In this document: in pieces, positions 1-9,783 of the stretch
Layout of the letters: each line of letters starts with the position of its first letter
Numbering within the stretch: the first letter of the stretch is position 1
Source of the DNA: Psammoneis japonica
Lineage: Eukaryota
Reading direction: 5' to 3'
Length of the DNA stretch: 20,000 nt
Assembly (NCBI GenBank): GCA_008632985.1
Contig: QPGO01000168.1
Location: forward strand, 114,436-134,435
The notes under the pieces: model-generated
The model's input: only the letters and a program-made list of their open reading frames with translations
Told to the model about the DNA's origin: nothing
Databases searched by the model: none
Translations under genes and position numbers: made by a program

Positions 1-241
1 CAACATTTTCTTAAATGGGTTGATGGTTTGTCTTGAAAAGACACAATTGAGACAAAATGAAACAGTTGGCAATGAACAGGACAAAAACATTGTAAAATTC
101 AGCAATGAAATGATTGATGTCATTTGTGCACAACATGTGCTTTGGCGATGTCCTTTCAACAAGTGTTGCATTGAACAAAATTTGGTGAGCTTTTGTCATG
201 GCCAAAAATTTCTGTGACAAATTTTGTTGTGTGTGATTTGT

Positions 242-270
242 CACGACACGACACGACATGACACGACTCA
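242..270. repeat. Short pentamer tandem repeat (CACGA)n, about 5-6 units
   Basis: Sequence reads cacgacacgacacgacatgacacgactca; one unit shows CG->TG. Confidence 0.8.
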
Positions 271-1021
271 CAAAATGAACACCCACAGTGCACGATGAGG
301 ACTCATCTTGTTTGCCAGTTGTCTCTTGTGCACGATGATGATGAATCAACATGTTGATGTGATGCGGCCTGTTCTGGTGGAATTGGGAGGAACAAGCTTT
401 TCCATCAAAGTGTCTGCATTGACATCAGCAATGTGTGGTTCTGCTGTGGCCTCAGCCTGTGCTGCAGATGCCTCATGGCTTGCATTTGTGTGTTGCACAA
501 CAATGCATGACAAAAAGATCCACTGCATTCTGCACATGAGATGCATGGAAGGGAGGAAAAAACATGACTGTTCAATCTGCCATGTTTTGTCAGCCATGCG
601 TGGTTCTGCTTTTGCCTTGGCCATTCTCCAGCCACCTTGTGATTTGTGTTTGTAATGACATGACACAAGAACAGCACTTTTTTGATGACCGATCTGTTGT
701 GGTGCCAGCCACACCTCACCTTGTTTTGTGATGTGGGTGACATTCAATCAACAGCATCAACTGCACTGACTTGTGTCATGATTGACTGGTGAATTCCATC
801 ATAAAATGGATTCGAGTGTGCCATTGTGTGCTTGCCACTTTTGTTTGTTGCAGTCTGTAGTCATCTGGATGGAGCCGGCATTGTCAGTGCATGGCTCCGC
901 AGGGCCCCAGTGTGCAAGTGCATGGGTGGTTTGGCAAAACACACTTTGTTCTGTGAGCTGGTCACTTCTGAATGTTGCAATTTTTTGTGACATCAACATG
1001 TGATGTGCTGCATGGCAAATG

Positions 1022-1199
1022 TCCATTTGTTGGCATTTGTCTGCTTTTGTCAGGTTCTGTCTGCTTTTGTCAGCATTTGTTGCATGCTGTCAGTGTTTGT
1101 CAGCATTTGTGTGTGCAGACAGAGTTTGTCGGCATTTGTCACATGCTGACGGAGTTTGTCAGCATTTGTTGCATGCTGACAGAGTTTGTTGCATTTGTT
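1022..1199. repeat. Imperfect ~30-bp tandem repeat with internal palindrome (GTCAGCAT...ATGCTGAC), possibly a transposon subterminal array
   Basis: Units start at 1071, 1101, 1130 and 1160 (consensus cagcatttgtNNcatgctgacagagtttgt), with degenerate partial units at 1022-1070. Confidence 0.8.
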
Positions 1200-1259
1200 G
1201 GGCGTGTGACAAAATTGCCAAAAAATCATTCAATGTGCTTGTCTTTGCCAATGGCCAAT

Positions 1260-2990
1260 TTCATCATTCATTGCTTGGGTTGACAGCATGTTTGTGAAGG
1301 AGACACGGCATCACCAATTAAATGACAAGTTTTGTCTTGTTAATTGCCAACAATTGAAATTTGTTCAAGTGCATTTTTTCCAACAAATCATCCAACTCAT
1401 TTGTGGGAATGTTGCAATTGGTGACAAAATGCCATGTGTCCCTGGAGGGGGTTTGTGCATGAGCAGGGACAAGTTGCAGTGCACTGGCACCAAAAATGTC
1501 TCTCAGCAATGAATGTGCAGACAACTGCCAACAGAAAAAGAGGCAATTTTGCAAATGTGTGCATTCCTCCACACTTGAAGCACCTCATTTCTGCTTTGCC
1601 CAGGTGTGCATTCTTCAGACATCAGAGATCACACCCAGCTCATTTTTGTTGTTGCAAGGGGCACAATGAAAAGCCTTTGGTTTTGCAAGGCAGGGAGCAT
1701 GAGACAATTTTGTAGAAGATCACATGCAGAAAACTCTGACATTGCAGCCCAGTGGTGCAACATCTCACCAAGAGCTGGAACATGTCAAAACACAAGCAGC
1801 CAACTTTGAAAATTGCTTTTGGCAGAAAATGTGACCCACAATCACACTCCCAGCATTCAGGAGCAGAGACTTTCACAGATGCAGACAATTTTGCACTGCA
1901 CAGATTTCTGTGCAACAAGTGTGCAGGGCATTTTTGCATGGCTTCTCATGCAACCTCCAACCTCTGACTCCCTCAAGTGTTTGACATGCCACCTGTGGTC
2001 TTTTGTGTCAAATCAGTCAAAAGACACAAGCACTGGCATGAGTGGAGTTGGTGCTCTGATCATTGCATTCAAGTTTTTGTTGTTGGTGTGCCATTGTGAC
2101 AGTTCATTTGGTTGGAGCAGATTTTTCAGGTCTTTTTGGGATGTTGTCAGATGTGCTTCTCAATGTGCTGATGGCAAGAGTTGGCTCCACCACATTGTTT
2201 TTGTTTGTTTTGGTGTGTTTGTTGACATGGGAGGAGCTGGCACAAGTGTCATGGTGCTCACATCCTTTCTTGATGTTTGTTTGAGCAAGGAGTTTTTTGA
2301 CTTGGCTGTCATCCACACATGCCAGCATGGTGTTAATCTCAGATGCCAAGTTGCACAGCACATTTCATGAGTTTTGTTGATTTTTCAACCTTTTTGTGAA
2401 ATGCATTTTGAGCTGACTTGGATCAACCAAAAGCATTTTGAAATCTGGGAGGGACAAACAGCTCAGACACTGATGCTGATGCCAAGGTCAACATGTGCAA
2501 GGTCATGTGTGTGGACCTTGGTGTGAATTTTTTGCATGCAATGACAGGAGTCATTGTGGCTCTCAGAGTCATGGCACAGAAATTGTGCAAAAAGAGTGCC
2601 AGAAACAAACGCTGTCAGTTTGTCCACCCATCCGCACATGAATGTCAACTTCTCGGGAGATCAATTGAAATGCCATCTGCTCAAAGGCACTGCTCTTTGC
2701 CATGCATCAAAATGCCTTTGACCAAATGGCATTTCAGCTGAGAGTTCCCGCAAAGTCAGCAGCTCCAATCACCCTCTCACATGGCATTGTGCACATTTCT
2801 GCATGATTTGGCATTTTTTTCTCATCCAAAATGTCAGCTGTGACTCTCACAACATTTTTGAATGACTCCTGTTGATCTGTCGGTGTCTGAGCACTTTCTT
2901 CACTCTGAATGCTGGGTGGGAGTGGACACAGGCCTCTGGCAAATCCTTGAAGCAGACAAAGCAGATGAGCCCTTTCAGTTTTCAAAAATC
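1260..2990 (-). pseudogene. Degenerate coding remnant of unknown identity, probably transposon-derived
   Basis: A chain of protein-like minus-strand fragments (e.g. NIPTNELDDLLEKMHLNKFQLLAINK, HFLPKAIFKVG, MRCFKCGG, ESFKNVVRVTADILDEKK) is broken by frameshifts and stops. No family is confidently recognised. Confidence 0.3.
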
Positions 2991-3219
2991 AGCCAAACCA
3001 TGGAACTGCAGAGCACAACAAAATGCACAGCATTCCATGTCTGTGCTTTGCTGTGTTGCAAATCAAAATCATGTGTTGTGAAAGCATGGCAAAAAGCACA
3101 AAAGGTGGACAGCATGCAGTGTGATGCTGTGCATTGTCAGAAACATGGCATGATTGTGCAACTCAAAACTTTTGCTCATTGCAGTGTTGTCAAAATTTTT
3201 TGACAATCCTCATTTTGCC

Positions 3220-3960
3220 NNNNNNNNNNNNNNNNNNNNNNNNNNNNNNNNNNNNNNNNNNNNNNNNNNNNNNNNNNNNNNNNNNNNNNNNNNNNNNNNN
3301 NNNNNNNNNNNNNNNNNNNNNNNNNNNNNNNNNNNNNNNNNNNNNNNNNNNNNNNNNNNNNNNNNNNNNNNNNNNNNNNNNNNNNNNNNNNNNNNNNNNN
3401 NNNNNNNNNNNNNNNNNNNNNNNNNNNNNNNNNNNNNNNNNNNNNNNNNNNNNNNNNNNNNNNNNNNNNNNNNNNNNNNNNNNNNNNNNNNNNNNNNNNN
3501 NNNNNNNNNNNNNNNNNNNNNNNNNNNNNNNNNNNNNNNNNNNNNNNNNNNNNNNNNNNNNNNNNNNNNNNNNNNNNNNNNNNNNNNNNNNNNNNNNNNN
3601 NNNNNNNNNNNNNNNNNNNNNNNNNNNNNNNNNNNNNNNNNNNNNNNNNNNNNNNNNNNNNNNNNNNNNNNNNNNNNNNNNNNNNNNNNNNNNNNNNNNN
3701 NNNNNNNNNNNNNNNNNNNNNNNNNNNNNNNNNNNNNNNNNNNNNNNNNNNNNNNNNNNNNNNNNNNNNNNNNNNNNNNNNNNNNNNNNNNNNNNNNNNN
3801 NNNNNNNNNNNNNNNNNNNNNNNNNNNNNNNNNNNNNNNNNNNNNNNNNNNNNNNNNNNNNNNNNNNNNNNNNNNNNNNNNNNNNNNNNNNNNNNNNNNN
3901 NNNNNNNNNNNNNNNNNNNNNNNNNNNNNNNNNNNNNNNNNNNNNNNNNNNNNNNNNNNN
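3220..3960. other. Assembly gap (N run)
   Basis: Ns. Confidence 1.
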
Positions 3961-4185
3961 CTCTCTGCGCAAAGCACAGCTGACTTCTTTCTTCAGCACC
4001 TTGCTGGCATTCACAGTGCTGTGCCAGAAATGTCAGGAAAGGCAGGGATGTTTGCACAACTCTGTGGCTGGAAACAAAACAGGGGGGAACATGGACGAGA
4101 CATTGAGTTGCTTGATGAGTGTTCTTGTTTGGCACTTGTTGAATGCCAAATGGAGATCACTGAACTTTCAACAAAGAAAATGGGC

Positions 4186-4330
4186 AGTTGTTGGCAATTT
4201 TGCAGCAGCGACCGCGGCATTCAGCATCGGATCACATGAAGTGGTTGACACTTTCAACTTTCCACTCATCTCTTGGACAAACAACTTTTGGCAGAGCAGC
4301 TGTGCTCGCACTTGAGAGGCTTTTTTTTAA
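4186..4330 (+). repeat. Diverged, TA-depleted direct copy of the sequence at ~6275-6392 upstream of the glycosyltransferase gene
   Basis: 4225-4255 matches 6316-6346 at 27/31, and 4299-4323 matches 6359-6383 at 21/25 (manual alignment). Confidence 0.85.
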
Positions 4331-4486
4331 GGATGGATCTACGTGCTGCGGTCTGTTTTTTGGGAGCTCATAATTTTCACAAAAATGGCCCAGATGCATC
4401 GCAGCAAATGCACGCGCGTTCGCAAAAAAAAAAAATCAGCGATCGGTCGAACTTTGTCCGTTTGCCAGACACCCTAGAATGCTTGA

Positions 4487-5850
4487 CGCCAATCGCATCA
4501 GACGCTTGTTGCGCGATTTTGCGGCCTGCATGTGGGCCGCAAAAATCTTGTTGCAAATTTTTGCGGCCCGCATGTGGGTCGCAAATTCTTAAAATGACGC
4601 TTGTCTTGGAATGCGCACGCAAAACTTGTGTTGCCGACATCCATCATTGCACACGTGCATTTCTCAGTGGCACGCAACAAACTGCAGCAGCACAATGGTG
4701 CCCACCGCCGGTCTCCCACTTTACGGTGTGACATCTCAATGATCCTCTCACACCGATTTCCCCATTTCTTTCATCAACATTGGGAGGGAATGCACAATGT
4801 GTCCAAACAGATTGGTCCCATCTTCTGTCATTGAGAATTGTGGATTTCTGTTTTGTTCAAAACCACACAGAATTTTCAAATTTGGAAAAGCACGAAATGA
4901 TGGAATGAGCACCAATTTACAAACACTGCACAAATGGTTGTTCTTTTGTGACATGCCAAAATGGACAAAACATGGTTGTGCGGAATGTGGTTTCTGATGG
5001 CAGTCACTTGGCCACTGATCTAGTCTAGTTCCTCAACCGTGATGACAGATTGCCGCGCCAGCTTTTTTGTGGAGTCAATGGAGCGGCTGTTGCTGACACG
5101 CACTCAGCAACAATGAGCTGCGGATCTCGTGCCTCAACTGTGATGTGATGAATTGCAGACATGCCAGCTTTGCAAGGAGCAAACACTTTCTTTCAATCTC
5201 TGCCAATGCCAACTTGTGTCCTCCTGCAACAGCTCCGTCACCGCGGCGCCTGACCTCTCCTTCGTCTGCGCCCATCATGTTTTCTTGACACTTTCCCAAA
5301 TTGATCACATGGGCATGGGCAATGACCTTGAATTGCACTCGAGCTCTCTTGGCCATTGGCGACTCCACAGGAAGACTTGGAGGGGGGGCATGTGCGGGCA
5401 CAGATGGTGCTTCGGCAGCAGACTGCGACACCGGATTTCGCGGCATGTCTTGAACAGGCAAAAAAGGCATGTCCGTTCCCGCTGCAAGCAATGCTGACAC
5501 ATCTGGCACTTCTCCAACGATGTTGTCAGGCGTCCGAGATTGCTGGAGTGAACATCCTTCACCAGTGTGGCCCGCCGTAGGGTCCGCCATGGTGGAGGGA
5601 GAAATCGGCAAAAAAGTGCGCGAAAATGCACACACATTTTAGAGGCTGCGACAACAACCACTGGGACTTTTTTGACAGATGAAGTGTCGATTCCCATGTT
5701 TTCGGGCATGGAGAATTCGACTGTGGGGTCAATTCATCGATTGTCTCTATCATTGAAGATTTGAAAAAATTTGCGGCCCATGTGTGGGCCGCAAATCGTT
5801 TGCGGCCCACACACATGTGGGCCGCAAACGGGCATCTGATGCGATTGGCG
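4487..5850. mobile_element. Non-autonomous TIR DNA transposon (1364 bp) with palindromic subterminal repeats
   Basis: The TIR cgccaatcgcatcagacgc (4487-4505) pairs with gcatctgatgcgattggcg (5832-5850) at 18/19. Flanks are TTGA (4483-4486) and TTAA (5851-5854). Two TTTGCGGCCC-n-GGGCCGCAAA palindromes lie inside each end. Confidence 0.85.
5075..5590 (-). pseudogene. Internal ORF of the TIR element (MADPTAG...), unknown product, probably degenerate
   Basis: The ORF starts at ATG 5590 with a Pro/Ala-rich N-terminus followed by a helical-looking segment. No transposase motif is recognised. Confidence 0.35.
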
Positions 5851-5914
5851 TTAAACGACAGGTACGACCATGCGCGAGTTTTACCTTAACGACTGGAGAT
5901 ATGTCTATAGCCAG

Positions 5915-6040
5915 TCAAATGCCACTTATCGGCATTTCCCGGAAAGTTACCGCTAATCTCCCATAAGAAGCCCGATTTTTTTGAAAATTAGCGGTTTTTT
6001 CGACCTGACAACAGGGCACAGGTCGATAAGTGGCATTTGA
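5915..6040. repeat. Nested inverted repeats (perfect 17-bp outer stem)
   Basis: tcaaatgccacttatcg (5915-5931) pairs with cgataagtggcatttga (6024-6040). Inner pairs are accgctaat (5949-5957)/attagcggt (5987-5995) and tcgacctg/caggtcga (6000-6026). Confidence 0.85.
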
Positions 6041-6458
6041 AGCGCCAAATGTGCAGCTCTTATAGCCGTCTAACAGCCCCTATGAGGGTTTGACGAACGC
6101 ACAAGTGTTCGGGGGTGTTCCGAGGCAGGTCAAAATAACACGGTGAAGTGCGGGAAATGCGAGCTGTTTTAAATTAGACAGCAGCACAAAGAAAATAGCT
6201 CTAGCTACTAAGTCAATTGTCAGTAATTTCGTAGTGCCGGTGGCGTCGGATCATGAAGTTAAATGAAGAGGCGATTGTAGTAATTTTTCGTTGCACCGCG
6301 CTTGATAACATCTATCATCGGATCATGAGAAGTAGTTGACACTTTCCTCTAGAGCCCTGCTGTACTCGTACTCGAGAGACTTTCTTCTCAAGCAGTCAAA
6401 GTGTTGCTCTACAAGTGTTATCAAGACAATTCTACAACGTTAAGATCATTTTCCTTCC

Positions 6459-7499
6459 ATGAAATTTTCGAAGATTGGCATCTCGGTTTTGTCATTTTCT
6501 CTGCTGGTGGTGGGTTGGACTAGCAAAGAAGCCCCTCAATTGAAAGGAAAGCAACTCGAAGTGACCGAAGAAAAGTCAGAACCTGCCACGGGCTTTGTTC
6601 ATTACAAAACGACACGGAGCTCTGGCTGGAATAACCAGCGCGAGGGTGCCATGATGGCTTGGATGGTTGCCTACTTTACGGGACACACGCTTGAGCTTAA
6701 ACCGTTCCATCCAGCTAACACCGGTGTCCTACCGGATCAAGGAGGATACAAGCATGGTGACCTGTGGAATCTTTCTTGTTTGGAAAAGCATGTCCAAGTG
6801 CGAAATATTCCCAGCAACAAAACGTCAGAAGGATATGATTACAATGTCAGCAGATCAAGTGTCTTCGCCAACTACTCAGAAGTACAGGCTTTGAAAAAAT
6901 ATAACAAAATCACCTATAATGGAGGCTGGGCATGCATCATTCGTGCCTTCCCATGGCTTAATCCATCACAAGAGGTGTTCTCCCATCTGATGAATTCCTT
7001 CTCCTACAACTTCGACATTCAGAGATCAGCAGATTTGGTGTTGGAAAGAATTGGTCGGCCCTACGTTGGTTTGCACATTCGAAAAGATAGATTTCCAGCA
7101 ACCAACTGTTCTGCATTGGGTCTTAACGTCAGTTCCGCGGAGGAATCCAAATTCAATTTGAGACGTTGCAAGGGATTGAACTGGACCAACGTTGTCGACA
7201 GAATGTTTCCGAATCTTGATGATGATTACCCGATCTACATTGCTCATGACAGCAGTAGCAGGATGGATCCAACCCTACTTGGCCGGAATTTTCTGCAGTC
7301 GTTTGACTTTGACTTTGTCCGCCAGCTAAGACCTGCAATCCTGTCTGCTGTGGAACAAGAAGTCATGATTCGTGCGGAGTATTTTATTCCATCTATGTAT
7401 TCTACGTGGAGTGAATATGCAGTCTTCAAGCGAGCCGTTGCAGGCAAAGCTGATGGAATGCAAAACTATCAGCACTGGAAGGCCGAGATCTGCCATTGA
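6459..7499 (+). CDS. GDP-fucose protein O-fucosyltransferase-family (O-FucT-like, GT-B) glycosyltransferase, 346 aa, with N-terminal signal/anchor
   Basis: The ORF is long, has normal Tyr content and a hydrophobic N-terminus. It carries SGWNNQRE (cf. G-x-N-N-Q-R), YVGLHIRKD (cf. H-x-R), IYIAHD and AVEQEVMIRAEYFIPSMYSTWS (cf. D/E-Q-x-I/V...F...S-T-F-S) in the canonical order. Confidence 0.8.
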   Translation: MKFSKIGISVLSFSLLVVGWTSKEAPQLKGKQLEVTEEKSEPATGFVHYKTTRSSGWNNQREGAMMAWMVAYFTGHTLELKPFHPANTGVLPDQGGYKHGDLWNLSCLEKHVQVRNIPSNKTSEGYDYNVSRSSVFANYSEVQALKKYNKITYNGGWACIIRAFPWLNPSQEVFSHLMNSFSYNFDIQRSADLVLERIGRPYVGLHIRKDRFPATNCSALGLNVSSAEESKFNLRRCKGLNWTNVVDRMFPNLDDDYPIYIAHDSSSRMDPTLLGRNFLQSFDFDFVRQLRPAILSAVEQEVMIRAEYFIPSMYSTWSEYAVFKRAVAGKADGMQNYQHWKAEICH

Positions 7500-7660
7500 T
7501 GCGCCAATGTTTTGGTTCGTGATGGGTGTCGGCTCTCCAATGCCAGGCGAATATAAAATTGAGGTTCCAAAATCTTGTACCTTTGGCGGTCTGAATGACA
7601 TTGACAGTGATCAGGTCCGTGCACAAACAGGTTAAGCTAGTAATACCTTGCACTAAAGTG

Positions 7661-7855
7661 TGTTCTAGATATTGTGAGAGATTCTGAGCTAGTCTCAGAA
7701 TCGAAGCTATGGTGGAAATCGGAGGATTTCGAGAGGTTAGCTAAACTCTGCGGAACTGCCGATGATTTTCATCACAAACTGACTGGCAGATATGACATCT
7801 TCAATCATGAGGTTCCAATGTCAAAAGGGAATGTGGAATCCCTGTCACCCCCCTT
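7661..7855 (-). mobile_element. Polypurine tract (7848-7855) and putative 3' LTR of the copia element
   Basis: The minus strand reads ttcAAGGGGGG-TGacagg just after the RNase H end. The LTR starts TG at 7847, and a candidate ...ctagaaCA end lies at 7661 (end position uncertain). Confidence 0.45.
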
Positions 7856-9783
7856 GAACCGAATGAGGGAAGATGTTGAAAGCAAGTTGTGAGAGCATGT
7901 GAGCTGGAAGATGCCAAAGAGCACGACCAACCATCACCCAGATCTTGTTGGCACTTTGGGTCTTGGCAGTGCAGTCAGTCGGTTGACTTTCTGCAGGGAC
8001 CCATGCAAGAAGGTGATGACCAAGTGTTGACCTTCTCAGAGATGCATCGAAAACGTTGCTGGATGTGTTGGGTTCGTTGGGTCTGTTGGTCATTTTGGGC
8101 CATTTGAACAGCTGCCAGTTGTCCAACATGGTGATGCTTGGGGTTGTAGACAGATGTTGAGAGTCAATGGAACAGTTGCAAGTGACAAGGCAGGAAAAAT
8201 CACAGGCCAGCATTTGCAGGTGGGCAACAACCATGGCTCCAGCGCATGCACCCATCCATTCAGATTCAGCGGTGGACATTGCGGCAGGGGTTGGGACAGC
8301 AGAGTTGGCTTCTGCAATTGCCCCATTGAAGAAAGCCACAAATCCAATGGCCAATTTTGCAGTGTCAGGGAAATCTTGCCAGCTGGCATCAGTGAAAACA
8401 ACAAACTCAGAATGGCTCATGTTGTGTGCCTCACAAATCATGTGAATTGGACTTGCAGTCAGATCAGAGCAGAATTTGATGGCAAGGTCTTGATGTTTGT
8501 GAAGATGACCAAAAAAATGTGCAAGAGCATCAAAGTTTTTCATGCCCGGGTTGGTGCAGGCCTTGGCGAGTTTGCAGATGATCTGTGCAATGTCGGCTTG
8601 GGTGTTGTGGGCAAGACAGAGGATGGAGCAGACGGCGGAGCAGAAATGAAGGCCAAAGCACTTGGTTGCAATGACCTTGACATCTGTTTCATCCTTGGCA
8701 ATCAAAAATTCAGAGAGCTCAGCAAGCAGACCACCAGAGGCCACTGCAAACAGTGCCATGTGTCCCTTTCTTGAGGTGGAGAGGGACACCAAAATGTTTG
8801 GCACATTCAGGGAAGTGCTGCTTGAGGATCAGGTTGAAGCAGACAAAGAGATGGCTGCAAGCAGGAGCTTGGAGGCAAGTGCCAACAAAATCACCATTCT
8901 TGATGCATTGTTTGGCCTGAGCAGTGAAAGCAAGGAATGGTTTGATGGCATGGGACGATGCGTTCAGGGACCAATTTTCATCGTGGGAGGACTGGCATTG
9001 CATGTTGCTGCATGCACAGTGGCAAGCTTTGAGTTTCTCCAAGGAGCCATTGGACTTCTCCTTGGTGTGGAGAGCAAGGGTGGCGCTGATGATTTTGTCA
9101 TCGGGGCAAGGACATTCGTGGAGAGTGCAGGTCTTGTTGTCCACAATGAGGTTTTTAAGCTCAGAGCATGCAGTGCACAGCTGTGCATCATGAGCTGCAG
9201 GAGGTTGTCTGAGAATGGCTTGGAAAGAACAAGGGACAGGCAAGCAGTCATCATTTGGCACAGACAAGGTGGCTTGGACAGCTTCCAGAGCCCGCTGCAA
9301 TGGATCAGGGCACTGGCACCAATTGCAGTTGATCCACGGGGATGCAACTGATGATGCGCTGCAGGCTTGCTCCTTTCAATAGAGTCATTGAACAGGACTT
9401 GCTCAAGACAATCAGCTGTGGGTTTGGAGGATGCAGCACAGATGTTTTCTTTGTCAGCAAAGTGCACAGCAGTGTGGGTGCCAGCATTGGAGCAAGTGGA
9501 GTGATGCAGGACAGGAGGGACAGGGTTGTCTGGGGGGGTTGAAGTGTCGGAATCGGAGTTGTTGCCATCCGGCTGGGGTGCAGTAGTTTCCAGAGAGGTG
9601 TCGGATTGATCGACAGTGAGGAAACCCTTGACAGTGCCTGCATGCTTGTCAGTGGGTGTGTCGTCATGGTTGGTGAGGCTGGAGGCATCATTGGAGATGG
9701 ATCAGATGGGGAGTGTGCCCAAAAAAGAGACATGATCATGCACCAAAGAAGATTTGAAGCATTCGTCAAAATTGACATCATGT
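7856..9783 (-). mobile_element. Degenerate Ty1/copia retrotransposon pol fragment (integrase C-terminal tail, linker, RT, RNase H), resembling diatom CoDi-type elements
   Basis: Motifs in order: HDVNFDECF (post-integrase DVxFDE), HHSTCSNAG (RRSTR), ELKNL...LEKLKACHCA, DFVGTCLQAP, LKKGTHG, SAVCSILCLAHNTQADIA, VFTDASWQDFPDT, AMSTAESE, LAWVPAESQ. Confidence 0.9.

Noticed and set aside
1022..1199. CRISPR-like array
   Set aside because: The units are contiguous with no unique spacers, there are no cas genes, and the context is eukaryotic.
3187..3206. Short palindrome ttgtcaaaa-tt-ttttgacaa next to the gap
   Set aside because: It is low complexity and its context is lost in the gap.
3134..4315. 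Long ORFs spanning N runs (also 17971-19683)
   Set aside because: Their length comes from assembly gaps.
4518..5828. Palindromes as REP elements or rho-independent terminators
   Set aside because: They are symmetrically placed inside TIRs in eukaryotic DNA and are better explained as transposon subterminal repeats.
8154..9351. Plus-strand ORFs of 206 and 229 aa
   Set aside because: They are antisense shadows of the copia pol reading frame.
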